From positions 108,812,001 to 108,876,000 of the forward strand of contig NW_024704742.1 in NCBI RefSeq assembly GCF_018977255.1: DNA of 64,000 nt, given 5' to 3'. Shown here piece after piece: positions 1-12,859 of this stretch. Origin of the DNA: Callorhinchus milii. Taxonomy: Eukaryota. Numbering within the stretch: position 1 is the stretch's first letter; every line of letters starts with the position of its first letter. Both the position numbers and the translations under genes were made by a program. A model generated the notes under the pieces. It searched no databases. It was not told where the DNA came from and saw only the letters and a list, made by a program, of their open reading frames with translations.

Positions 1-1974
1 ATTAAAAGAAGAGGCATATAATACTGCCCAAAAGAGCAGTAATCCTGAGGATTGGTTGGGCTTTAGAGATCAGCAAAGGAAAACCAAGAAACTGATTAAG
101 AGAGAGAAAATGGAATATGATGATAAACTAGCGAGGAACATAAAGACAGATTGTAAGAGGTTTTACAAGTACATAAAGAAGAAAAGACTATCAAAAGTGA
201 ATGTGGGTCCATTGTAGGCAGAGACAGAAGAAATTATAATGGGGAATAAAGAAATGGCAGAGTCATTAAATAAATACTTTGCTTCTGTCTTCACGTTAAA
301 GGACACTGAAAACTTACTGAAAATAGAGGGGAACCTGGAGACTAATGTTAGTGAGGAACTTAAAGAAATGAACATCAGTAAAGCAATAGTACTAGAAAAA
401 TTGATAGTATTAAAAATCGATAAATCCCCTGGATCTGATGGCCTGCATCCTAGGGTTTTAAAAGAGGTGGCTGCAGAGATAGTGGATGCTTTGTTTTTGA
501 TCTTCCAAAATTCCCTGGATTCTGGATTGGTTCCCATTGATTGGAAGATCGCTAACGTAACACCGCTGTTTAAGAAGAGTGGGAGACAAAAAATGGGGAA
601 CTATAGACCAGTTAATCTAACATCGGTGGTAGGGAAAATTCTGGAGTTCTTAATTAGGCAGGTCGTCGTGGGCACTTAGAAAATCATAACATGATTAGGC
701 AGAGTCAGCATGGCTTTACAAAAGGGAAATCATGTTCAACAAATCTTTTTTTGAGGATGTAACTAGCAGGTTAGATAGGGGGTTCCAGTAGATGTGGTGT
801 ATTTGGATTTCCAGAAGGCATTCAACAAGGTGCCACATAAAAGACTGTTGCATAAGATTAGAGCGCATGGAATTAAAGCCAATATATTAACAAGGATTGA
901 AGAGTGGAGGAAGAAAACAGAGTAGGAATAAATGGGTCCTTCTCAGATTGGCAGGATGTGACTAGTGGAGTGCCGCAAAGATCAGTGCTTGGGCCTCAAT
1001 TATTTACAGTCTATATCAATGATTTAGATGAGGAAATAGAACTTAACATATCGAAATTCGCAGACGATATGAAAATAGGTGGGAGAGTAAGCTGTGAGGA
1101 TGACACACGTAGAATGCAAAGGGTAATAGACAGGCTAGGTGAGTGGGCAAGAAGATGGCAGATGGAGTATAATGTGGGGAAGTGTGAAGTTATTCACCGA
1201 GGTAGTAAAAATAGAAAAGTGGATTATTTTCTAGAGGGGGAGAGACTAGGTAGTGTTAGGGTTCAGAGGGATTTGGGTGTCCTTGTACACCAGCCACAAA
1301 AAATTACTATGCAGGTACAGCAAGCAACTAGGAAGACTAATGTCATGTTGGCGTTCGTTGCAAAAGGGTTAGAGTACAAGAGTAGGGAAGTCTTGCTGCA
1401 GTTGTAAAAAGCCTTGGTGAGACTGCACCTAGAATATTGTGTGTAGTTTTGGTCTCTTTATTTAAGAAAGGACATACTCACCTTAGAGGGGGTGCAGCGT
1501 AGATTCACTAGGTTGGTTCCTGGGTTGAAGGGGTTGACCTATGAGGATAGGTTGAGTAAACTAGGTCTATATTCTCTGGAATATAGAAGAATTAGAGGTG
1601 ATCTTATAGAAACCTATAAGATTCTTAACGGTCTTGACAGGGTAGATACCATGAGACTGTTTTCCCTGGTTGGAGAATCTAAAACTAGGGGTCATGGTCT
1701 CAAGATTAAGGGTCAGCCTTTTCGAACTGAGTTGAGGAAACATTTCTTCACTGAGAAGATAGTGAATTTGTGGAATGCTCTACCCCAGAAGGCTGTGGAT
1801 GCTCAGTCCTTGAACATATTCAAGACTGAGATTGATAGATTTCTAAAGGATAGAGGGATTAAGGTATATGGGGATAGGGCAGGTAAATGGAATTAGGTCA
1901 GAAGATCAGCCATGGTTGGGCAAGCTCGAGGGGCCGAATGGCCTACTCCTGCTCCTATGTCTTATGGTCTTATG
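1..1974 (+). mobile_element. CR1-clade LINE, ORF2 (RT and C-terminus) plus 3' UTR; disrupted, continues left of the window
   Basis: ORF pieces KSPGSDGLHPRVLKE, NYRPVNLTSVVGK, SGVPQRSVLGP, SKFADD, TRGHGLK and VNLWNALP are typical CR1 ORF2 motifs. Several stops and frameshifts. Ends in gggccgaatggcctactcctgctcctatgtcttatggtcttatg. Confidence 0.97.
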
Positions 1975-2643
1975 GACCTAGGGATCCTGATTGATAATAA
2001 ATTGAAGCTATCACAACAGTGCTCAGTAGTGGTGAGTAAGGCAAACCAGATGCTGGGCTGTATTAAAAGGGCAATATTGAGCCGAAATAGTAGGGTAATC
2101 CTGCCACTTTATAAATCACTGGTGCGACCCCACTTGGAATTCTATGTGCAGTTCTGGTCACCACAATATAAAATGGATATTGCAACGATTGAAAGGATAC
2201 AGAGGAGTACAACTAAAATGATTGAGGGGATGGAGAGACTGGACTATGAGGAGCGATTATATAAATTGGTTACGTTCACACTGGAAAAGAGAAGGTTGAG
2301 GGGCGATATGATTACCGTCTTTAAGATTCTGAAGGGAATAGAAAATATAGACCATAATAAGCTTTTTTATCTTGTACTGTGATTGAAGTGGGAGAAATTC
2401 AGAACAAATCTGAGGAAAAACTACTTCAGTGAGCAAGTAGTAAACTTATGGAACAGGCTTCCTAGGGAGACAGTGGAAGCAGAAAATGTTGTTTGTTTCA
2501 AGAACAAATTAGATAGATTTCTGATAGAAAATAATATCTCGGGCTTGGGACACGAACTGTCAAGTGGCTGCCAGGATGGTGGAAGGCAAACTAGACGGAC
2601 CTTGGTCTTTGTTGCCTAGCAAATTCTTATGTTCTGATGTTCT
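1975..2643 (+). mobile_element. Second CR1 3' fragment of a different family, directly abutting the first
   Basis: DLGILID...LYKSLVRPHLEFYVQFWSP...LEKRRLRGDMI...VVNLWNRLP, with a different 3' UTR ending ttcttatgttctgatgttct. Confidence 0.93.
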
Positions 2644-3089
2644 TTTAGGATGATTTTGAAGGGAGAGAGAGATATGTCAAGGTGAAGTGGTTTTGAAAGA
2701 AAATTCCTGGTTTATCAGCTAGCCATGATTTACATCACTTTTGAAATTTACAGAGCTGTCAAAATTGTAAAAAGAACTTCATATCAAATTTTAAAAAAAG
2801 GCAGGACTTCAGCAATGACCTTGTGGTTTGTCTGGAGAAGAGATTCATTTAGATAAAGGAACAACTTTAACTTGGTAGAAGCAAAACCTCTTATGCCAAA
2901 TGAGCAGTTTTGAATTATTCGGAATGTGAGTAAAAGTGATTTAAAGCTCTGTCAACGCAACCTTAACCAAACAGTCTTAACTGTAACACAGAATGTGTGA
3001 CCAAGACCTCTCACTGAAGATGATACCAAGTATATGTGCAGAATGAATTGCACATGTTGAGATATAGTAATCAACATGTGGTCACATGA

Positions 3090-3480
3090 AAGCATTCAAT
3101 GAGTGTGGTTTAGTCCCAAATCACCACCAACAACAAAATCTTGCATTTATATAGCGCCCTCCACATTGTTGGCATCCCAGAGCACTTAAATGTGGAACAA
3201 ACCAGATGATGTTCCACATTTGTATGCCAGCTACATATGGAAATCTTTGTGTGTATGGAATGAAAAATATACTCTTGTCTAGAGGGATGCACCTTGTTTA
3301 CCTAATCCTGGAAACGTTTAGGTGCAGGTTTGAAAGAGTGACTTGAGGACTCTGAGATGCATGTTGTAATACTGCTGGAGTTTAACCTCATAAAACTGCA
3401 TAGCTTGCCATTGAGAGCACTGTCTGCAAGCTTCCTGATGCTTGTCCAGCTGGACTACTCTACCCATTAGGGCTTGGGTT
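3090..3480 (+). repeat. Unclassified dispersed repeat X, copy 1 (interrupted by a short minus-strand L2 tail at about 3121-3195)
   Basis: Shares gatgcaccttgtttacctaat and gcttgccattgagagcactgtc with copies at about 13545, 18000 and 59060. Confidence 0.7.
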
Positions 3481-3660
3481 CACAGGCCCTGACAACGATA
3501 AATTACATTTTTAAAACAGCTTCCACATCAGCAGGATGTCCCTGAGTAGGAAGAATCTATGCCCCTCAAAGTCCTGCCGATGAACCAGGCTGGCTGGTGC
3601 GTCATCATCCTCCCAACGTGAAAAGTACTCTACAAATGTAATTTCTTGTTGTTGTTGTTT

Positions 3661-3928
3661 GATTCCTGGGTGAGGCAAAACCTTAGGCAAGTTTTCTTCC
3701 TCCACACGCCTCTGTGAAAAGAAATAGTAAAATAAAACTACTAATAATTTGGTCACTCAATCTACGACTGTTTGTCGGACGCTGTTGTGGGCAATTGGCT
3801 GCCGTGTTTCGCACACAAAATACACATTCAATTCTCTTTACAGTACTGTATATTCTGTGATGCGCTTTTAGATGGCCCAACGACATGAAAAAGCGTTATA
3901 TCAAATGCAAGGATTATTATTATAATTA
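3661..3928 (+). mobile_element. tRNA-derived SINE family A (CORE-like body), 5'-clipped
   Basis: ggcaagttttcttcctccacacgcctctg, then the shared 3' half, then the tatcaaatgcaaggattattatt tail. Confidence 0.85.
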
Positions 3929-4271
3929 TTTGATGTATAAAGAGCAAAGATACCTCTTTGACCTTGCTTTTGATGACTGGGCTTCATCTTTCCCCTCCCC
4001 CCACTTGGCTCTCACCACCCTCTCAGGTGCCTATCCAGCATTGACAAGTGTTCTGAGAAATCCTTCCAACCCAGTGTGAAAGTTACTTTATAAATTGTAC
4101 ATTGTATAGTAATTCTCTGTGTCTACATAGCATTTTAAATATTATTTCCATTACACGAGGCACCACCAAGTTATAATACTTTACAGCAATTACCAATCAA
4201 ATGCTTTGAAATGTTTTGACATTTTAGGCACCCTATTATGTGCAAGAAATATTATTATTAATAATAAAGAT

Positions 4272-4582
4272 GTTTAGAAATTTACAGCGCAGATGACTAT
4301 TCAGCCCATCATGTTGGATATTTGAAAGAGGTATCCACTGAGTCCCATTTACTCTTCCCCATACTTCTCTTAATTTATTTATTTTAAAAAATCTGCTTTC
4401 CTCTTGAAAGCAAATATGAATTCATCCTCGACCACCATATCCAAAGCATTCCAAATCCTAACAAATCTCTTTATAAAACAAAACCCCGCAAATCCCCTTT
4501 GCTCCTTTGCTAATTGTCTTAAATTGATTCCCTCTCATCATTGACTCACTGACCAGTAGAAGTAAGTTCTCCCTATTTGTAT
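4272..4582 (-). mobile_element. CR1 3' end fragment
   Basis: Reverse complement resembles the CR1 3' ends at 19650-19920 and 30951-31312. Confidence 0.75.
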
Positions 4583-4959
4583 CAGTGTTTCTAAGTATCT
4601 GTACTGTATCACTGTGTATTAATGTTTCAATGTGTCTGAAATATCATTCATCTTTTCAAAGCTTTACTTCATGTCTCTAAGCACCATTAAAGTGAAAAGT
4701 ACCTCGTCTCCCACAGAAAAAAAACTGGCTTGATTTAAGGGAGGAACATTGTGAGTCATCGACAGCATTGCATCAATTGAGTTGAAGAACTGTTGTTTCA
4801 TAAGGAGAAATAAACACTATAGGAATCCCTTCCCATACATTGGTAGCGATTGTTCTACCTTTCTCTAGCCAGCAAATAATATTCATTAAAATACATCATA
4901 AAGATATTGTCTGTTTTCAATCCAACGTTCACATCTTTTCATCTCTGACATCGTCTATG

Positions 4960-5300
4960 AAGGTTGTGGTTTTAAGCTGCATATTGTAACTTAAGAGCTG
5001 AAGGTCTAGTGCAGTGCTGGGGGTGTGCTGCATTGTTGGATGCCACGTAAATCCCAGATCCCATCGGCCTGTGCAGGTGGACATTAAAGATCCTATAGCA
5101 CTATTCGAAAAGAAAAGAGTTTTTCCCAGTGTCCTGTCCAACAATCCTCCAAATAATAAAAGATTGGACATGGCTGTTTGTGGAACATCGTTGTTCGTAA
5201 ATTGGCTGCTATGTTTGCCTACAAAATATATATTACAGTAAAAATCAATAACGTGATAAGGCATTATACCAAATTCAAAGATTATTATAATTATTATAAT
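4960..5300 (+). mobile_element. Deu-domain SINE (SacSINE1-like, family B)
   Basis: gtgctgcattgttgga...caggtggacattaaagatcctatagcactattcgaa...gtgtcctgtccaac is the Deu domain; (att)n tail. Confidence 0.85.
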
Positions 5301-5529
5301 TCTACTTGACTTATGCAATGTGTCAACCAAAAGGTCACTCACAAAGAAAATTTGTAAAACACATTTATTCTCATACAAATAAAATACAGATACAAAGAAA
5401 CAATTAAAAGCAAATGTGAAGATTCAGACTTCCTACTGACTCAGCCAAGGAGTGTTGATGGATGACGTAGGAAGAATCATATCCTTGTAGTTTACCCTGA
5501 TGTTTCTTCTCAGATTTGAGTTGTTTTTG

Positions 5530-5930
5530 AGTAATAATCCTTTTTTAATAGAGTGCTTTTCACGTCAGGAGTACATCTAAAGCAGTTTCATTGGATTTAT
5601 TTTGCATTTTCCAGACAGGTAAGGGAGGCAATTTGCACACTACAATGTCCCATAAACTGCCATGAAGTGAATGATTAGTTTTATCTGTGGGATTGTTGAC
5701 CAGAATACTGGGATAGACTCCATTCTCTTTTCGCGTAGTGCCATGGGATCATTATGATCCAACTGAACAAGTTGGTTTACTATCTCATCGAAAAAATAGC
5801 ACTTATGACAATGCAGCACTTCCCCTGACCTTGTATTGGAGTGTCAGCCTAGTTCAAAGTCCAGACATGGGGACTTGAACCCAGAACTTTCTGACTTGGA
5901 GAAGAAAATAACTACTGAGCCAGGCGACAC
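5530..5930 (-). mobile_element. Deu-domain SINE
   Basis: Reverse-strand Deu motifs (tagtgccatgggatc, ttggagtgtcagcctag) and tRNA-like head. Confidence 0.8.
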
Positions 5931-6275
5931 TCATAAATGTGTTACGAAATATTGGGTAATTTTGTTAGAGGTGTGCCTTAACTATCACCAATGTTTATTA
6001 TTGCATACTAGGGGACAACCCCAGCAAGTAATTTCTCTCTTTTTCAGATCCACCTGTCCATCTTTTGTTTTATTTGGAACCAGAGTTTTGTTGGAAATTG
6101 TAGGTTGGAAACGACAGTGGCTTCTAAAATTTTTTAAAAAAAAATAAAAGTGAATCTTGCCTATTAATATCTCTTATGGAAAATGATGTACAAAGGATAT
6201 TTGTGCTACAAAGCTTGAAAAGAGAAAGCGTAATCCCTCCGGTTAATCAGAAATTTATAACATTTCATAACTGTT

Positions 6276-7255
6276 CATAAGATCACAAGATTGGTTTCTG
6301 ATCCCATCCCTATAGAACGCCCACCCTACTGACCTGCCATCACCACATTAAGCTGTTATTTTAAATGAGTCTGGTGTCCTGGCCTCTACCATCTTTCCTG
6401 GGAACCCATTCCAGTTGTTGATTACCCTCTGTGTGAAGAAAAACTTCTGGGTATCTGTCCTGAAATTGCCTGTTACATCTCTAAACGTATGTCCTCTATT
6501 TCTACTGTCTTGATATATTTAAAAGTATTGATCTGGATTTACTTTTTACTCTGATTTAAAATACACTTCTATGAGGTCCTCACTGAGTCATCTTCTTTCA
6601 GGACGTAGCTTGCCTAATTGTTGTTCATATTTCATGTGTCTAACATTAACACTAGGGATCATCCATACAGTATTTCAGTGCAGTCTGGCCACAGCATTGC
6701 ACAGCCTCAGTATGATGGCCAGGGATCTAAACTCAACTGATTTAACAGTATTGACCAGAATCCTCTTTTCCTTGTTTATTGCTGCCTCACATTGTTTGGA
6801 CATAGTGAGCGACAAATAAACTGATCCCTAGATCACTTTCAGCTTCTCGCTTTACAAGTTCTATCCCATCCATGGAATACTTGTGCTTCGTATTCTTGTA
6901 GTCCCTTTCATTTAGCTGTATTGAACTTCATTTGCCAATTATCAGCCCATGTGCATACCCTATCCAACTTTCTTTGTAGAACCTTTGTTACCTCCTCTGA
7001 TTCCAGAGTTCCCCCTAACTTGGTGTCATCTACAAGTGTAACTATCTTACTGAGAATTCAGGTCATTAATATATACAAGGAACAGTAGAGACCCGAGGCA
7101 CTCAGCTTAGTACCTCTCCCCATTTTGACCTAACTCTCCCAACAATGATCCTATGTTTCCTTCTTTCAGCCAATTCTGAATCCACGCCCAGATCACAATT
7201 TGTGAAGAAGTTTTTCATGAGGTACTTTGTCAAACGCCTTTTTGAAGTCGAGTTC
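6276..7255 (-). mobile_element. Old CR1 LINE, 3' portion
   Basis: Reverse reads DF(Q)KAFDKVPH-like and D(D)TKLGG-like RT remnants, the aactggaatggg 3' segment and a cttgtgatcttatg tail. Confidence 0.8.
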
Positions 7256-7605
7256 AATGTGCTAAGAATCTGTTACAAAATTAACCCCAGTATTTCCATT
7301 GTATTTTTTCACCCATTTTACTTTGTTTCTTTTCTCCCCCTTCATTGTTCCCATGTTAAGCACAATTCCCAAGCTGGAAAAGAAGCAAAGCATCAAGATG
7401 CTGGTGACTATCACTCTGAGACTAGCTGTTGGTATTGTACAGAAGAGGAAAAATTACTAATCCTGTAACTTTGTGCCCCTGTAGGGAAATAATTGGCTTC
7501 AGGAATTCAGTACATGGGAAACTGCAAGCTCCGCTCTGGTTAATTTTGAGGATTTATTATCACAGGGGCAAAAAGCTGGAAATGTAACTTTGCCACAATT
7601 AGCTT

Positions 7606-7624
7606 GCTGCCCCCTAGTGGAAAC
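7606..7624 (-). promoter_or_regulatory. CTCF motif CCACTAGGGGGCAG
   Basis: Exact fit to the CCASYAGRKGGCRS core, in non-repeat sequence. Confidence 0.6.
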
Positions 7625-7899
7625 CATGTGTTTTATTTCTGGCAGCTAAAGGTTCAACAACAGTGGCTAAACCACTAGTGTTAAGATCAAATAACCCAAT
7701 CTTACTGCAGCTCACACTATACTCACTGTACAATGGGGCAGTGGAATATATTTCATGCCTGCAGCTCTTCAAAGAGAAAAGTGGATTTCTTCCTGTTTCC
7801 TGGCCAACAATCTCCCAGCAAAATTGTTAATTCGCTTCATGGCTGTTTGTGGGATAATGCTACGTACAAATTGGTTGTTATGGTTGCCTACAAACATAA

Positions 7900-8225
7900 T
7901 AATTCTTACATTTGGCATAGCATCTTTCACATTGGGAGGACATCTCAAAGAGCTTCACAGGATTATTTTTACTGTAAAGTAGAATAACGCCATATTTTGT
8001 GAACACCCACAGCAGCCAATTCGTGCACAACACAATGTCACCACAAGCAGCCATGTTGTCAATAATTAATTTTAGTAGGGGACTATTGGTCTGGACACCA
8101 GGATACAAGCAGATGGGACCTCAGTTTAACATCTCATTTGAAGAATAATACCTCTAATACCTAACAATGCGGACACACCCAGCACCGTATTGGAGTGTCA
8201 GCCTAGACTATATGAGTTCAACGTC
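7900..8225 (-). mobile_element. Deu-domain SINE with L2-type tail
   Basis: gcagatgggacctcagtttaacatctcat and ttggagtgtcagcctagacta motifs. Confidence 0.75.
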
Positions 8226-8554
8226 CTGATGGAATTCTAAAGAAGAATCACTCTAAACTGCTTATCCACTCCCCTTATGTTACCGAGTATCATCAAGATC
8301 AAACAGAATGCAGTTTATTCCAATGTCCTGGCCAACAACCCCCCAAACTGTGTGTCTGCCGATACCAGGTTCCTAAATATGTAATACATCCAGGTCTTCA
8401 ATAACGCTAAAATCTAGCATTAGTGAGCGAAGCCCCATGCACGTGTTTAGGCTCACATCAGCAGAGCTCTGACCTCAGTCCCAGCTGAATACAGTTAAGA
8501 GTGCAAAATATAAATCCAGCTTCATTTGCCAAAAAAACGTAACACTACAAACAT

Positions 8555-9000
8555 CTGTATAACCAAGAGTTAGGATCAAGAGTGACTCCCAGAAAAGATG
8601 TAGGAGATGTGGTTGCAACCTTTAATGTACTGAAAGGAATAGCCGATATTTATATTTGACTTAGAATGTGGTCACATCACTGAAAGACATGGGTTTAAAA
8701 TATATTGTAAAGTGAATTGACTGTATATTTTGTGGCCAATACGCAGTAGGCAATTGCACGCACAAAGTAGTGGATATTTAAGACACAATCCCAGGAAAAG
8801 CAGATGATGCCGAATTTATTTATATTTACTCAGAGTGTAATTAATGACTGCATCATGGATGATTAAGGTCAAGCCATTGGACTTGTCTGTAAAGCAGCTT
8901 GATACTGTACCTGGAGGATGGTAGGTGGGTATTCTGGAAGGATTAGATTAGATAGGCTGAAGAGCTTTCTTCATCCAAACCAACCTTGTGATCTTGTGAA
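8555..9000 (+). mobile_element. Old CR1 3' end, interrupted by a SINE fragment
   Basis: Ends gggtattctggaaggattagattagataggctgaagagctttcttcatccaaac...ttgtgatcttgtga. The same 3' end recurs at about 54520-54600, 57445-57505, 59490-59555 and 61240-61330. Confidence 0.7.
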
Positions 9001-9619
9001 CTTCCTCACAACCAAACTGGAAAGTATCTCTTTCAGAAGAGAATTACTGGTTGTAAAGAAAGATTTTAAAAAAAGTTGCTCTAACATCCTAAACTGGACA
9101 GTGAGGGTTTGAAAGAAGGAAATCTAAAAGCTTTTGAAGTTTTTTTTAAACTGGGCAGAATACTGTAGGTCCGAAGTAGTGAAAATAAAGTTAAAATAAA
9201 AAAGGACATAAAAAAAGGGAGTCTGATTAGAAGGAAACAAAAGTGATTATAGAAGGGAAGTGTTTTTAAATTGTTTTCTTTTAGTTTAATTAGTTTTTTT
9301 TCTACATTTATTTTAGTGGGTCAGGGTTACTGTTACAGTGATACAAAGTTAATGGTTTAGAAGCTTTATTAGCAGGTGGTATTACTTTTTTACCGTATCT
9401 AACTGCAAGAGTTAAAAATGTGTAGAAGGCTCAAATTGACAGGAGTTTCCATTCACTTGCCAGCACTCTAAGGGTTAAACAGATGAGTCACATCCATGAC
9501 AGACTAGATTTTAGTGTGAATGGCGTGACCTTTACGTGACAATTGTTTTTTCTCATTCTATGCTTTCTTATGATATTAACTTGTCTTAAAAAATTATTAT
9601 GAATCTCAACCAAGCAAGT

Positions 9620-9820
9620 GGAAGTGATACAATTAGCCCCAGTGTCCCTGAGCTAGGGAGGAGGTGAATTAAACCAGGATTAAGCCTGCTCAGTGCTATT
9701 GAGTAATCCTTGCTGGAAAATGCATGTGTGCAGATGTGAGAACAAGGCCAGGGTAAACAGTAATGTCAGCATAGTTCAATAGATTGCTAACACTTTTTGT
9801 CTAAGATTACACATAAACAA
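9620..9820 (+). mobile_element. Old SINE family C, body fragment
   Basis: tacaattagccccagtgtccctgagctaggg...tgctggaaaatgcatgtgtg overlaps the copies at 26400-26592 and 29110-29381. Confidence 0.6.
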
Positions 9821-9872
9821 CCAAACCAAAGAAAAGCCAACAGAGAACTGATGGGCCAAATGGCCTTTCTAA

Positions 9873-10264
9873 TAATGTTTATTGCTTTTGCTTTAGCACC
9901 TTATCATATTGTTAAGACATCTAAAAGCGCCTCACAGAATACACTGTAAAGTGAATTGACTATATATTTTGTGGGCAAAATATGGCAGCTAATTGCGCAC
10001 AGGAGTATCCCACAAACACTATTGGATTGAGTAAATAAATTATTATTATTAGTTTTTATTCATTTGTATTTTTTTGAAGGGATTACTACCCTGGAAAATG
10101 ATCCACCAATTGAATAACAACCAGGTTCCTACTTACTGCTAAGTAAACAGAAGCATGTGGAGTAAGCAAACTTGCCTAAGATTTTGCCCTGCCCTGCCCA
10201 GGAATTGAACTTGGGTGCTTCTGTTTGTGAGGCAAGCATTCTAACCAAGACACAACAGGTCTCC
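9873..10264 (-). mobile_element. SINE family A, full length
   Basis: tRNA-like head with B box, CORE-like body, L2-type tail. Confidence 0.88.
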
Positions 10265-10469
10265 ACAATCTTCTATGCTGTTTGTTTTGAGGGTTCTCTC
10301 TTTTGTTGCCAGCTTTTTTTTGGTAGAAACAGGTCCAAAATTGATAACGGAAGCCCCTTACTTGCTATTGTTGCTATAGTTGTTTCAGACAAAAATGGTT
10401 GCAGCTCACTTGTGTACTAGCGAATTGAGTTTGGAACCCACAGCCTTGTGAATAAAATTAATCCTTGGT

Positions 10470-10878
10470 TTTACAGAGCGTTATATCTCATTGTTGAAAC
10501 ATCTCAAAGCGCTTCACAGGATGTACTCTAAAGTGGATTGACTGTGTTAAATATGTGGCAGCCAGTTTGTTAACAGCAATGTCCCACAAACAGCCATGTA
10601 GTGAGTGACCAATTTTATTTGGTGGATGTTGGCTAGAACACCAGGAGAAGCTCCCTTCTCTTTTCGAATAGTGCCGAGGGATCTTTACCGTTTGCCTGAA
10701 CAGGCAGACGGGACCTCAATTTAATGTCGCATCCAAAGGACGGCACCACTGATAGTGCAACACGCCCCCAGGACTGCATTGGAGTGTCAGCTTAGACTAT
10801 GTTATTCCAAGTCTCAACATGAACCCAAAACCTTCTGACTCAGGCAAGAGTGCTACCAGCAGAGCTATGCTGAGACCT
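10470..10878 (-). mobile_element. Deu-domain SINE, near full length
   Basis: Reverse reads ggtagcactcttgcctgagtcagaagg...gctgacactccaatgcag...ggtgccgtcctttggatgcgacattaaa. Confidence 0.9.
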
Positions 10879-11129
10879 GGATAGATACAACAACAACAAT
10901 GTCTGTGATTGAGAAGTGCAATTTGAAGGCACAATCAGCTTCTCAGTGCAGCCATTGAGAAGGGTAGTGGGCAGAATGGCTCCATTTCCAGCAGACCAAG
11001 GGACCAGATAATGGCATAAGGTGACAATGCACATAACACAATATCACAATTTTCACAGTGTAATGCAATTTCTATAAAAAAACAAACACTATTTGAATCA
11101 GCAATGGAGTCAGTTGCAACAATGCATCA

Positions 11130-11143
11130 CCACAAGGTGGCAT
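11130..11143 (+). promoter_or_regulatory. CTCF-like motif CCACAAGGTGGCAT
   Basis: Close match to the CTCF core, in unique sequence. Confidence 0.4.
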
Positions 11144-12658
11144 TGAACACATTCACTGCTTCATTTCTTTCCAAAACAAAGATTGCATTCACCTCATGTT
11201 ACAAAAGTACAATTCAAATGCAAACATTTAGTGACACGTAACCATGGTTAGGCTAAAACTTTATGAAGATATTTTTTCAAACCATATGGGTTTGATCATG
11301 ACTTAGATCTTTAAAATGCTGAGATAATTTAGATTACTATCGTTCCCTGTTTCTTCTGATGTCCTGGGCAACAATTGTCTGGAGAAAATTGGTCAATTCA
11401 ATTTGTGGCTGTTTGTGGGACATTGGATTGTGCAAATTATCTGCCAATTGTGACTACAAATACAGTCAAATACTTACTAAAAATACTTCACTCCACAGAA
11501 AACTCTGTGAATTATTTAACTTGGATTATGAGTGAAGTAAAGGACTTGAGTACAACATTACCAGGTTTTAAATAAGACTAGAGATTTGAATATTTCTATA
11601 GAAAGTACTGTAGATATATGGAATAGACTCCTAGTAAAAGTAATTAATATTGTGCCAATTGTATTCTTTACAAAAGGTAAGAACTAATATCCAGTTGAAT
11701 GATGAATTGAAGGTTGTAAGACAAAATCTACAGACTATCAAATACTCTGTGGAACATGATGTTTCTTGTTCTGTTGGAAGCTTGGAAATGTCATCTGCAG
11801 AATGTAACTGCTCAGGGCTGAATAGTATCATTTGCAAGATTAATATCCTGCCTTTGGATGAACTAAAAGGTCAGGGAATTTCAAGTTTTATCTTCACTGT
11901 TTTACCTGTGGTTATGTACCTCTCTTAGAAGATTAAATATGTTGAAACAAGTCCACAATAGTGCAAAGATACAAGGTCTGTTGAAAGAATGGGCTTGTGA
12001 GCCAAATAACCTTTCCTAAATGTACATTTTTTTCTGTAAACCAGACAACTCTGAAAATAAGTACAGCATCAGGTTGCTGTTTAGTGTGACATGTAAATAT
12101 CAGGTTCACTAATTCTGTGAAATTCAAGGGCTGATTGAAAATCAAAAAGTTCTTGAGCTCCATAAATCCAAAATTTAGCTATTAAGTCTGTGGGGTGCTC
12201 CGCACGTCAGTGTAGCACACTGCATTCACCCAAAAAGCAAGTGCTGTCCTGCACTATTTCTTCAATCATAGGAATATATGGATAAAGTTTGCAGTATTCC
12301 TTAATATCACCAGTGTTAACTATCGCCCACCAAGTTCCAGCACATTGCTCCACAAAAGTAATTTTTCTTCCTTCTCAAAATCCCAGTACTCACTTTTTTA
12401 TGTTAAGCCGAGTATTTTTGTTTTGTAAATTTTAGAAAGTCATCTTGCCTAGAGTAAATAATGTGCTCAGGCTGCTACCTTATTGGCGGTTAATGCCACC
12501 AATACTTAAGGAATGCCACAAACATTACCCTATAAGAATAGATCATTCGATTACTTTTCTGTAGAGCTCATGACAGTCCAGACCAGTCTACAGGAATGCT
12601 TTAATTCGATTTTCTAACTTTTACTCCACCTCCTACATATCCTGACCTATCTTTTTAG

Positions 12659-12859
12659 GATGAGTTTCCACACCACCACCGTAAAGTGCTTCAAGGCCTG
12701 AATCTTTTGAAGAAAAGATTCTTCAAAAACATGGGCTGTTGTTGTTGGGTCCATCTTTTATATCCATGCCTCCTGAGGCATCTGCTGGATTGGCTGAATT
12801 TCTCAGGGCATCATAGAGGGCTATTTGTATATCGTGTGCTGACAAGAACTAATCAGAGG
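12659..12859 (+). other. Candidate exon, 201 nt, open in phase 0, product unknown
   Basis: Long AG-free pyrimidine tract with ctaac/ctgac branch motifs ending ctttttag; donor AGG|gtgagc. Confidence 0.3.

Noticed and set aside
239..1896. RT ORFs as an active element or domesticated gene
   Set aside because: Multiple stops and frameshifts are present, and no intact ORF2 or endonuclease domain occurs anywhere in the window.
11650..11928. 92-aa ORF in non-repeat sequence
   Set aside because: It has a non-ATG start, no recognisable domain and no convincing splice pair.
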